A DNA stretch of 64,000 bases, from positions 4,736,001 to 4,800,000 of the forward strand of contig OZ243938.1 of assembly GCA_965214095.1 (NCBI GenBank). The letters are read 5' to 3'. Source of the stretch: Candidatus Poribacteria bacterium (GTDB taxonomy: Bacteria > Poribacteria > WGA-4E > WGA-3G). The number at the start of each line of letters is the position of its first letter. The stretch's first letter is position 1. The position numbers and the translations under genes are program-made. The notes beneath the pieces are model-generated. The model did no database searches and was not told the DNA's origin. It was given only the letters and a program-made list of their open reading frames with translations. Below, piece after piece: positions 53,206-62,363 of the stretch.

Positions 53206-53360
53206 TAAACCAGGATTTTCAGGATTCAAGGATTTTCAGGATAAGAGTTGTCACGCTGAAGTTCGCATCTAAAAGATGATACTTACCTCTTGAGTGGCAC
53301 TTAGAAACACCAAGGAGTTATCTTGGTCACCCTTGTATCCTGTCCATCCTGGTTCAGACA
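53206..53360. repeat. Diverged MITE family B copy
   Basis: aaccaggattttcaggatt ... atcctggttcagaca ends. Confidence 0.65.
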
Positions 53361-53384
53361 ATATAGGTGTATAGGAGTTTCCTA

Positions 53385-53816
53385 ATGAAAAATCAACTAA
53401 ATCTGCCACTCCTTTTTGTTGTTGTCGTCGTTATCGGATGCGGTAAACCCGTAGCACACTATGAAATAGATACTTTCTCTGCACCAGCAGTTGATAAGAT
53501 AGAAAGAGAACAAATCCGATTACAAGCACGCCAGCATGCAGCCGAAGATCACAAACAAAAACGCAAAAGCAAAAAACAGGACATCACTGTTCACCCACCC
53601 ATGACCCCTCCTTCTGGAGGAAGTATCAGAATTCCATCCCATAGATTAACAACATATAGTATAAAGAAAGACTCAGCGCGCGCTCTTATCTATTATAGGG
53701 AATATGCAACAGAAATCAGACGACTGGAAAAGTTCGCAACCCAACCGCGTGTTATAGCACTTGTATGCCTTGCGTGCCTTGCCATTGCCGCTATCATTGT
53801 ATCAGAAACTCGGTAA
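53385..53816 (+). CDS. Hypothetical lipoprotein with C-terminal TM helix
   Basis: ATG after AGGAG; VIGC lipobox; hydrophobic C-terminus. Confidence 0.6.
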   Translation: MKNQLNLPLLFVVVVVIGCGKPVAHYEIDTFSAPAVDKIEREQIRLQARQHAAEDHKQKRKSKKQDITVHPPMTPPSGGSIRIPSHRLTTYSIKKDSARALIYYREYATEIRRLEKFATQPRVIALVCLACLAIAAIIVSETR

Positions 53817-54068
53817 TAAACCTGGACATCACCATAGGTGTCAATTTAGGAGGAAGGACGCTATAATCCCAGGACGCTAAATTGATGCCTATGGTAAACC
53901 GCACTATCGCACCACGCAACCAGTAAGATATTTGGTTTACTTGTGCTCCTCTTCTTTTTAGATATGGGTAAGACCAGGACAATGATGGTCTTTGGCAAAT
54001 CCTTCATTTTTCTTGACATTTTACACTGAACATTGTAATATAAATCAACTCACCAAGGGAACAGAAAT

Positions 54069-54932
54069 GTGGATAATTTATTTGATCAATTCTATACGAA
54101 ACCTGAAGTCGCAGCTAATTGTTGGGAACACTTCCTTGAAGAACTTTCATCAGTAAACCGTTCTGTCAATGACATATTTTTTATTGAACCATCTGCAGGA
54201 ACTGGGACATTTTTTAAGCTCTTGCCTCCTCAGCAGCGATTGGGTATAGACATCAACCCAAAATGTATAGATGTAAATCAGCAAGACTTCTTTTCCATAA
54301 TTGATCTACCTAATTCTCCAGAAAACACTGCAATTATTGGGAATCCGCCATTCGGGAAACGTGGAAAGATGGCAATTGCTTTTTTCAATCATGCTGCTGT
54401 TTTAGCAGATATAGTTGCGTTTATCGTTCCTGTCAACTTTAGGAAATATATCGTGCATAAGCAACTTGATGAAAGTATGCGATTTATTAGTAGATTAGGA
54501 CTCCAAAGAGATGCTTTCTACCTTGATTCAGGTAAATCTTATTCTGTAAATACAGAATTTCAGATTTGGACACGTTTACCAAGCAACCATCAAGACATGA
54601 GACAATATACCTCTTTACCTATCAGGCATGATGATTTTCAGTTATGGCAATATAACAATACAGTTGATGCTCAAAAAGTATTTCAAAATAAGTTTGATTT
54701 CGCTGTTCCCTGTCAAGGTTGGCAAGATTATTCACGCAAAGAGACAGATGAGAAAAAATGTGAACGAAATAAACAGTGGATACTGATTAAAGCCAACAGT
54801 AGTGAAATATTATCTCGGTTAAAACAACTTGACTATGCTGGTTTAGCTAATGAATGTGGTACCGCAGTTCCAGGTTTTCGCAAAGGTGATCTTGTGAAAG
54901 AATATACAAAGCATTTTGATTATCAGTCTTAA
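54069..54932 (+). CDS. Orphan SAM-dependent amino-methyltransferase, probably DNA N6-adenine
   Basis: DQFYT, FIEPSAGTG and GNPPF motifs; promoter TTGACA-17-TAATAT at 54013-54041. Confidence 0.75.
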   Translation: MDNLFDQFYTKPEVAANCWEHFLEELSSVNRSVNDIFFIEPSAGTGTFFKLLPPQQRLGIDINPKCIDVNQQDFFSIIDLPNSPENTAIIGNPPFGKRGKMAIAFFNHAAVLADIVAFIVPVNFRKYIVHKQLDESMRFISRLGLQRDAFYLDSGKSYSVNTEFQIWTRLPSNHQDMRQYTSLPIRHDDFQLWQYNNTVDAQKVFQNKFDFAVPCQGWQDYSRKETDEKKCERNKQWILIKANSSEILSRLKQLDYAGLANECGTAVPGFRKGDLVKEYTKHFDYQS

Positions 54933-55932
54933 CGGTAGGGTGATTTTGACTAAGACGCGACTTCAGAAAATTGCCAGATTTGTTATTCCGACTGTATTAG
55001 CAGTTATAATCTCATATTTCTTACTAAAAGAGATTGACCTAAGAAAGATACCAGAGACCCTCAGTGGAATACCAATTCATGCGTTAATAGTTGGGTTTAT
55101 ATGTTATTGTCTATTGGTGATTGCAAAGACGCTACGATTTAGAACTTTATTGGGTTTGAAGTCCAGTGTACTTCAAATATTTCCTATTCTGGCAATGCAC
55201 ACATTTTGGGGTAATATCCTCCCAATGCGGACAGGAGACATTTCCTATGTCTATCTAATGCAAAAGCGACAAAATGTAGATGCTACACAGGGAATTGCAT
55301 CACTCTTGATGGCAAGTCTTATTGATTTAGTGTTGTTAATAGCATTGATGGTTTTTTCTGCAACGCTCCTATTGCCAAAATTGAGTAATCAATTTACTTG
55401 GTCTGTGTTATTTTTGATGCCATTAATTGTGGGAATAGGTTTGTTGTTTGTAATGGTTTTGGCGTGTATAGCACCAGACTTCTGTACATCGGTAGCATTG
55501 AGATGTGCAAGACCACTATTGAAATTGGATAAGTCGTCAATTACATGGATTGTCAACAAATTACTCAGTATACTTGATCAGATAACGGCGTTCCGACTGA
55601 ACCTACAACTTTTGAAGGTGTGGGGTTATTCACTCCTATGTCTTACAATCCGTTTCGGATTTCAGTGTTATCTTGTTTCAAAGATGGGTGTGAGTATTCC
55701 CTTGTCGGAAGTGTTGTTTGCACTTGCATTTACTAACGGGTTCAATCTACTGCCAATACAAACAGTAGGTAACTTTGGAACAACCGAATTGCCATTTGCT
55801 TGGTTCTTAAACTATTTTGGCACTTCAATGGAAAATGCGATCGTTACAGGATTTAGCCTGCGTATCCTAATTCTCCTTTACTGTCTGCCATTAGGAGTAT
55901 ATGGATATTTAAGAAAACCTAAGGAGAATTAA
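54916..55932 (+). CDS. Lysylphosphatidylglycerol synthase TM / UPF0104 flippase-like membrane protein
   Basis: Multiple TM helices; NILPMRTGD and GNFGTTE motifs. Confidence 0.8.
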   Translation: MIISLNGRVILTKTRLQKIARFVIPTVLAVIISYFLLKEIDLRKIPETLSGIPIHALIVGFICYCLLVIAKTLRFRTLLGLKSSVLQIFPILAMHTFWGNILPMRTGDISYVYLMQKRQNVDATQGIASLLMASLIDLVLLIALMVFSATLLLPKLSNQFTWSVLFLMPLIVGIGLLFVMVLACIAPDFCTSVALRCARPLLKLDKSSITWIVNKLLSILDQITAFRLNLQLLKVWGYSLLCLTIRFGFQCYLVSKMGVSIPLSEVLFALAFTNGFNLLPIQTVGNFGTTELPFAWFLNYFGTSMENAIVTGFSLRILILLYCLPLGVYGYLRKPKEN

Positions 55933-55933
55933 T

Positions 55934-56746
55934 ATGAGAATAATTGATCCGCATGTTCACGTGTGGAAAAACGACCCAAAGTTTCCGTGGGCACGGGAAA
56001 GAAATCATCCTGCTGATGATGCTACTCCAGAAATGTTGTTGGAACTAATGGAAGCAAACGGTGTTGAAAAGACTGTGCTTGTTCAGGTTATCCATTATCT
56101 GTGGGATAATAGTTTCGCTGCTGATGCGATGAAAAGATACCCAGACAAATTTATGGGTGTGTGTAGAATTAATCCTGAAGATTCGGATGCTCCTAATCAT
56201 CTAACTTACTGGACTGAGGAACATGGATTTCACGGTGTTCGTTTAAGTCCATCTGTTGGTGCTGATGGAGATTGGTTTAAAGGTCCATTGATGCCGCCTA
56301 TCTTCAGTCGTGCGGAGTCATTAGGTGTGCCGATGTTAATTCTAACGAGGGCAGAGAGATTGGTTGACTTGGTACCACTGTTAGAGCAGCATCCTGATCT
56401 TGATGTGGTGATTGACCACATGGCAGACTGTTCACCGGAGGAACCAGAGAAGCTGCAATTGTTGTTAGATTTAGCAAGATATCCTCGTGTTTATGTGAAG
56501 ATAAGTCATACTTGGTCTATTTCAAAAGCAAGTTATCCATGGACAGATACATACGAACAGGTGAAGAAAGTGTATCAAGCATTTGGCGCAGACCGTATTA
56601 TGTGGGGAACTGATTGGCCTGTCTGTTTAAGTCGTGCCACCTATTCAGAGACTTTGTCGGTTGTTCGTGATGAGATGGAATTCTTTACACCTGGCGATTT
56701 AGAATGGGTTTTAGGCAAAACAGCACTTAGTCTATGGCAATTTTAG
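55934..56746 (+). CDS. Amidohydrolase_2 family protein (lactonase-like)
   Basis: IIDPHVH, VIDHMA, YVKIS and MWGTDWP motifs. Confidence 0.88.
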   Translation: MRIIDPHVHVWKNDPKFPWARERNHPADDATPEMLLELMEANGVEKTVLVQVIHYLWDNSFAADAMKRYPDKFMGVCRINPEDSDAPNHLTYWTEEHGFHGVRLSPSVGADGDWFKGPLMPPIFSRAESLGVPMLILTRAERLVDLVPLLEQHPDLDVVIDHMADCSPEEPEKLQLLLDLARYPRVYVKISHTWSISKASYPWTDTYEQVKKVYQAFGADRIMWGTDWPVCLSRATYSETLSVVRDEMEFFTPGDLEWVLGKTALSLWQF

Positions 56747-56757
56747 CGCAATAAAGA

Positions 56758-56818
56758 ACATAAGAATTACATTGACATAAGAATTACATTGACATAAGAA
56801 GAATTAAAATGTTAATAT
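56758..56818 (+). promoter_or_regulatory. Promoter with a 17-bp tandem repeat carrying duplicated TTGACA
   Basis: ACATAAGAATTACATTG x2.5; TTGACA at 56772 and 56789; TGnTAATAT at 56810-56818. Confidence 0.6.
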
Positions 56819-56936
56819 TTAGACAAAATAAGTCTGAATCTGGTCACAACACGTTGTCAACAATAGAGGTTGATGTTAACACATATTCAATATACATAGC
56901 AAAAAATACAATCAGATTGTATTAAAGGGAACTAAA

Positions 56937-57992
56937 ATGAAACATCTGCTTTTGATGATATTATCTATCCAATTCATATTTCTACCCCTCGGTTTTGCAC
57001 AAGAGAGCTGAGGCGCGTGAAGTAATCCCACTATCCCTCAGGGAGGTGGAAGTGAAGTTAGTTTAACTTCAGAGAATAAGAGATTTCAAATTAGTCTTGG
57101 TACACGGACATTCAACGCCGAGGGTGGACATATTGAATACAATGGATTGTCTCAGGTTGGCAGCCTTCCTGAACAAGTTCCAGAACATAGACATGAAGTT
57201 AAGTTGAACGTTGTTCGGTTTGATATTGGGTTTAAATATCAAATCAGTAGACAGTTTCAGTTGGACGCAATGTTGCCTTATGAAATAAAAGATCAAGATG
57301 CAAATGTTGGTGGACTTGATAAAATAGATAATGAAGAGATGAGAAGAAAAATCTTACTCTATCAAGAAATCCATCATCGCGACGAAACATATCGCGGTTT
57401 TTCAGATATGGATCTTTTATTGGGTTATCAAAGACATGGGATCTTTCTGAATCATGACATGCTATCAGCAAAATTCGGCACAACAATCCCATTGGGAAAA
57501 ATTGAAGATAATCCGTGGACACTTGGAGAAATGGGGATGGAGCATCTCCATATTCAATTCGGTACTGGCACGTTTAATCCAATTGCAGATTTGCGCTACA
57601 GTTTTCCGATACTTAGTGGGTTGAGAGCGAATGCAAGTATCCGTGGTAAGTATCCTTTCTATGAGAATAGGAAAGAATATCTCGGTTCAAAGGACATTAC
57701 CTATACTGCAGGTCTGAATTATCGGGCTGCTGATTGGCTGTCGTTTCAGACAAGTTATCTTGGATTATATCAATCCTACGCGCATTGGGCAGGAGAAATA
57801 GATATCAATACGGGGCTGCGGTTTAGTATGGTATCATTCGGAACATCTATAGCCACTCCATACAATGTTCCTCTTTCTATAACGTTTATGCTGCCAATTC
57901 AACAGGAAACTCTATATGATGATAGTGCATCTGGGAACGATGCATTCAAGTTGGGATCGTTAGTATCCGTTAGGGCTTTGTATTCCTTTTGA
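56937..57992 (+). CDS. Candidate UxxU selenoprotein; outer-membrane beta-barrel (MetA-pathway/transporter-like)
   Basis: ATG at 56937 with AAGGGA RBS; signal peptide MKHLLLMILSIQFIFLPLGFA; QES-U-G-A-U (TGA at 57009 and 57018); otherwise stop-free and in frame with ORF 57147-57992; ends ALYSF. Confidence 0.75.
57028..57049 (+). other. Candidate bacterial SECIS hairpin
   Basis: CCAC-U-A-UCCC-UCA-GGGA-G-GUGG stem-loop starting 7 nt after the second UGA. Confidence 0.55.
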
Positions 57993-58092
57993 GTAGAATT
58001 CCGGGATTTGGTGAGCTGCGAAAATAGTCAGTTGGAGTTCCTCATCAAATAATTCATAGACAGGTGGTTTGCCGCTTAGTTCTTCGCTTTCG

Positions 58093-58332
58093 TTATTGTG
58101 TATCCTTAATTTTAACGATTAAGTATAAACTTGCAAAAATGAAGAATGTTCCTGTTAATAAATAACTACAACCCTTAATTTCATTTGTATAGTTCATAAA
58201 TGGATTACCAGCAAAAACATTCCATTCTCTATTATTTGGACTTTCGTATTCGTAAATTCCAGCAATTATGAATACGATACCCGCAATTATCAATAGTGCT
58301 AATATACTTTGTGAGAAAATTTTGTTGATCAT
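58093..58332 (-). CDS. Small two-TM membrane protein
   Basis: 79 aa, two hydrophobic helices, CAGGA RBS. Confidence 0.6.
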   Translation of the reverse strand: MINKIFSQSILALLIIAGIVFIIAGIYEYESPNNREWNVFAGNPFMNYTNEIKGCSYLLTGTFFIFASLYLIVKIKDTQ

Positions 58333-58508
58333 AAGTGTTTCCTGATTTGAATGTTCATGGTCAAATAGTCATCTAAAATAGAAATATATTAGTTGTTAGA
58401 TCATTGCTGAGGGAAAGACACGCTTAGATGTCATACTTACCATGAAGATGTGATTTCAATTATGTGTCAAATTGCTTGTATTACCTAATTTCATGCTATT
58501 TTGGACTT

Positions 58509-59189
58509 TCATGCCAGCGTTTCAATCCATTCACTTAGTACACGCGCCATTTCAACAAAGACATCCTCGTCAGATTTACGCGAACGTTTTAGGGTTTTAA
58601 ATCCGTGGTCTGCGGTGTCCAACAAATGTAAGGTTGCTATGTCACCAAGATTTTCACAGACCGGTTCCAACAACTCCAATTTTGCCAACTTATCTCGTGT
58701 ACCAGAGAGAAATAACATCGGTATAGTTACATCCGCAAGGTGTTCTGCGCGTTCTATACCTTCTTTCCCAGATGGATGTAGTGGAAATGCGAAGAATACA
58801 AGACCCTTTACATTCTCAATCGGTTCCTTTGCAGCCGACATTGAGGACATTCGTCCGCTATAGGAGTGTCCACCGACAAGTATGAATAAGTCGCTTGCTG
58901 CCTCGTGTGCTGCTGCGGCAGCAGAGCGGACAGTTTGTAGTGCGACTGCCTCGGATTCTCTACCACCACCGCCACGTTCCATATATGGAAACTGATAACG
59001 GAACGTTGCGATATTTATATCTGCAAGTCTTTCTGCGATGGTCTGTAGCGTGGAAGAACGCATATTCGTTCCCGAGCCATGCCCAAGTACCAGAAGCCAT
59101 CTTGCGTTCTCTGGTTTGATAAGAAGTGAGGATACTTCTCCTTTTTCTGCGGTTGCGATAAACTTAGATTCTATTGCTTCATAATTCAT
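58509..59189 (-). CDS. Alpha/beta hydrolase (KANL3/Tex30-like)
   Basis: HGSG, GGHSYSGR, FPLHP, SGTRD and ADHGF motifs. Confidence 0.85.
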   Translation of the reverse strand: MNYEAIESKFIATAEKGEVSSLLIKPENARWLLVLGHGSGTNMRSSTLQTIAERLADINIATFRYQFPYMERGGGGRESEAVALQTVRSAAAAAHEAASDLFILVGGHSYSGRMSSMSAAKEPIENVKGLVFFAFPLHPSGKEGIERAEHLADVTIPMLFLSGTRDKLAKLELLEPVCENLGDIATLHLLDTADHGFKTLKRSRKSDEDVFVEMARVLSEWIETLA

Positions 59190-59231
59190 GTTTTCTCTCC
59201 TGTAATGCCATGCCTCATATAAATGTATAGA

Positions 59232-59792
59232 CTATTTTAGACACTGTTGTACGATTTCTTTATAAGTTTCTAACCCAGCAGTTTCTTGTCCTTTTACTTT
59301 AGCCTGATCGTCCCATCTGCGCAATGTCAATGCATCCTGATAGTGGGGAATATCTTCAAATTCATTGCATGCGTCGTCTGACATGATACCACCTTGCAGT
59401 TTCAGACTTCGTTTAGATGCATCCGATAGTCCATCATAATAAGATGCATCAACCGTGCATAAGTATCTTTTCGCAGGCACATGTAGACGAATCGGTGTTG
59501 TGACTGCCTCTGGGAAAAATGGTTGCAGATACTTTGCTCCAATCTCTTCATGGTTTAGATCTGTGTCCAGAAACGATACCTCCGCATTGTGTTCGTCCAT
59601 AACAAAATGCCCAATGTCGTGAAGGAGCGCGCTTGTAATCAGTGTCTTGCTTGCACTGTGCTGTATGGCAAGCGCAGCACACTGAAGTGCGTGTTCCAAC
59701 TGTGTAATTGCCTCATCGTAAAAAGTCTGTCCTTGATGTAGCATGTAGCTGAATAGTTCGTCAACCTTTTGTTGAGGGTTGGCATTACTCAT
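59232..59792 (-). CDS. phnZ: HD-domain diiron oxygenase, PhnZ/TmpB-like
   Basis: QLEHALQCA, ALLHDIGH, HEEIGA, HVPAKRYL and LRRWDDQAK motifs; ATG at 59792 is coupled to the upstream stop (alternative start 59828). Confidence 0.78.
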   Translation of the reverse strand: MSNANPQQKVDELFSYMLHQGQTFYDEAITQLEHALQCAALAIQHSASKTLITSALLHDIGHFVMDEHNAEVSFLDTDLNHEEIGAKYLQPFFPEAVTTPIRLHVPAKRYLCTVDASYYDGLSDASKRSLKLQGGIMSDDACNEFEDIPHYQDALTLRRWDDQAKVKGQETAGLETYKEIVQQCLK

Positions 59793-60603
59793 CTTCTGAG
59801 TTAAGGTGTGGTCTATCAAATTCTGCATGTTTTATGGCTTTTCCTTGAAAATGTGCGATTTTACTTATTTGAGCATCTCGATTGGAACCGTCTTTTGCAT
59901 ATTGTGCAAAGGCTTTTCGTTTGTCTGCATAATACTTCTCACGCCAGTCACCTTGTGATTTTGCATTATAAGTAAGATAAATAATTCGTCTCGGTTCATG
60001 CGATAGGTTAAGTGGACTCTTGTGTGGGATATATGAACCGAAAAGTAGGATGTCTCCAGGTTCAGTTGGAACTGCAACCCAATTCATTGTTTTCGCAACA
60101 TTAGGGGAAATGCATCCTTGTTCATCAAGTGCGATGAAACCTTCCCGGTGTCTCCCAGGTGAAAAATAGAGACACCCACTTTCTGATGTAGCAACATCAA
60201 CTGAAATAAGACAAGTAACATGATAATCAATGAATTCATAAGCGGGTGCGTCTTGATGCGCTGCATACCCGCCTCCACCTGGGTACTTGTAGTTTATTTT
60301 TTCTTTATAAAGTATTGCCGGTTCAGACATCAATTCAGACACAACCTCAATGACTTTTCCGCTGGTTACGATGTTCTTTAAGTGAATATGGTAAGGAACG
60401 AAATTTTCTGAACGGGAGAGTCGTATTCCATCTTCAGTAGATTCGTGATGATGCATCCACTTGTCTTCTGTCGGTTGCCACGATGAGATTTCTGATACCC
60501 ATGTTTGAATTGATTTGACTTCCTTTTCGTTAAAGAATGCCGGTAGTTTTAGAAAACCGTTGAGTTGCCAATCATTGTGTTGTCTCAAATTTAGGTGTGC
60601 CAT
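59785..60603 (-). CDS. phnY: PhnY-like Fe(II)/2OG phosphonate hydroxylase (PhyH family)
   Basis: KEKINYKYPGGGGYAAHQD and PHKS..RRIIYLTYN motifs; upstream of the PhnZ-like gene. Confidence 0.72.
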   Translation of the reverse strand: MAHLNLRQHNDWQLNGFLKLPAFFNEKEVKSIQTWVSEISSWQPTEDKWMHHHESTEDGIRLSRSENFVPYHIHLKNIVTSGKVIEVVSELMSEPAILYKEKINYKYPGGGGYAAHQDAPAYEFIDYHVTCLISVDVATSESGCLYFSPGRHREGFIALDEQGCISPNVAKTMNWVAVPTEPGDILLFGSYIPHKSPLNLSHEPRRIIYLTYNAKSQGDWREKYYADKRKAFAQYAKDGSNRDAQISKIAHFQGKAIKHAEFDRPHLNSEDE

Positions 60604-60686
60604 GATTCCATCCTTGAGGAAAACCTGATAATATTAATATAACTTGAATTTCTTATTTTGTCAAACAATAGTCTGTACTTTCTATC

Positions 60687-60752
60687 AACGGTAGGCGAGG
60701 TTTCCTAACCTCGTCTGATCAATGTGTAGAATTAATTGAATAATTTACCATA
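60687..60752. repeat. Family-A-related palindromic element (inverted relative of 52162-52229)
   Basis: ggtaggcgaggtttcctaacctcg...aatgtgtagaattaattgaataatttaccata. Confidence 0.65.
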
Positions 60753-60845
60753 GTTCTAAATGTGATTGAACACAAGACCTGAATATGTTAACATATAGAT
60801 AGTAAGGAGATTGTCTATATACAGAATCATATTCAGGAGAATACA

Positions 60846-62354
60846 ATGCAAGCCAAATACAATGAACTCAAAAGTCGTTTGATTGAAGTAAATGACATTA
60901 ATTCAGCCGCAGGATTGCTTCATTGGGATCAATCCACATATATGCCAACTGGAGGTGCAGCAGCACGTGCACGTCAATCTGCGACACTTAGACGTTTAGC
61001 ACATGAGAAGTTCACGGATCCAACCATAGGAAAACTGCTCGATGCATTGGTGCCTTATGAGCAAAGTTTGGATTACGGTTCTGATGAAGCAGGTCTACTA
61101 CGAGTCACGCGAAGACAATATGAACGTGCTATAAAAATACCCGCAAATTTCATGGCAGAAGTAACTACCCATACATCAGAATCATATCAAGTATGGACAG
61201 AAGCGCGACCAGCGAATGACTTTGAGAGAGTTCGTCCTTATCTTGAAAAAACACTTGAATATAGTCGTAAATGTGCTAATTTTTTTCCTGGATATGACCA
61301 TATCGCTGATCCAATGATTGAACCGAGAGATTACGGGTTGAAGGCTGCAGATGTCAGTCGTGTTTTTTCTGCGCTGCGAAAAGAACTTGTTCCAATAGCT
61401 GCTGCAATTACATCACAACCTACAGCTGATGATTCATGTCTTCATAAACATTTTCCTGAAGAACAGCAGTTAGAATTTGGTATGGAGGTTGCCAAGAAGT
61501 TTGGCTATGACCTCAACCGTGGACGACAAGATAAAACGCACCACCCATTCATGACTAAGTTCTCTCTCGGTGATGTCCGTATCACAACACGTTCAAAAGA
61601 AGATAGTCTTGGAGAGGCACTTTTCTGCACAATGCATGAAACAGGTCATGCACTCTATGAACAAGGTATCCGTATGGATTTTGAGGGCACACCTCTTGCA
61701 CGAGGAACATCTGCTGGTGTTCATGAAAGTCAATCGCGTCTATGGGAGAATATCGTTGGTCGGAGTAAAGGTTTCTGGAAATGCTTTTATCCGCAATTAC
61801 AAGATATCTTTCCAGATCAACTTGGTTCTGTTGAACTTGATACATTCCATCGTGCAATAAATAAGGTAGAACGTTCACTGATACGGACAGAAGCAGATGA
61901 GGTAACATATAACTTACACGTCATGCTGCGTTTTGATTTTGAGTTGGCACTGCTTGAAGGAGAGATGAAAATAAAAGATTTGCCAAATGCTTGGCGTGAA
62001 AGATTTCAAGAGGATTTTGGTATTATTCCACCCGATGACAAAGATGGTGTATTACAAGACGTGCACTGGTATTTTGGACTTATCGGGGGTTCTTTTCAAG
62101 GATACACATTGGGCAATATCTTAGGGGCACAATTCTACACGAGTGCGTTGGAAACGCATCCGGAAATACCAAGCGAGATAGAAGCAGGTGAATTCAACAC
62201 ACTACATAATTGGTTAAAAGACAATGTATATCAACACGGATCAAAATACACAGCACCTGAGATCATAGAACGTGCAACAGGTAAATCTATGACAATCGAA
62301 CCATATATCAACTATTTACGCACAAAATATGGTGAATTGTATTCACTAAACTAA
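60846..62354 (+). CDS. Carboxypeptidase M32 (Taq-type)
   Basis: HPF, HETGH, HESQ, IRTEADE and QDVHW motifs. Confidence 0.95.
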   Translation: MQAKYNELKSRLIEVNDINSAAGLLHWDQSTYMPTGGAAARARQSATLRRLAHEKFTDPTIGKLLDALVPYEQSLDYGSDEAGLLRVTRRQYERAIKIPANFMAEVTTHTSESYQVWTEARPANDFERVRPYLEKTLEYSRKCANFFPGYDHIADPMIEPRDYGLKAADVSRVFSALRKELVPIAAAITSQPTADDSCLHKHFPEEQQLEFGMEVAKKFGYDLNRGRQDKTHHPFMTKFSLGDVRITTRSKEDSLGEALFCTMHETGHALYEQGIRMDFEGTPLARGTSAGVHESQSRLWENIVGRSKGFWKCFYPQLQDIFPDQLGSVELDTFHRAINKVERSLIRTEADEVTYNLHVMLRFDFELALLEGEMKIKDLPNAWRERFQEDFGIIPPDDKDGVLQDVHWYFGLIGGSFQGYTLGNILGAQFYTSALETHPEIPSEIEAGEFNTLHNWLKDNVYQHGSKYTAPEIIERATGKSMTIEPYINYLRTKYGELYSLN

Positions 62355-62363
62355 AACAGGAAT

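Noticed and set aside
56937-57020. Genome-wide UGA reassignment (code 4 or 25)
   Set aside because: Long ORFs are intact under code 11, Trp uses TGG, and TGA ends genes at natural C-termini.
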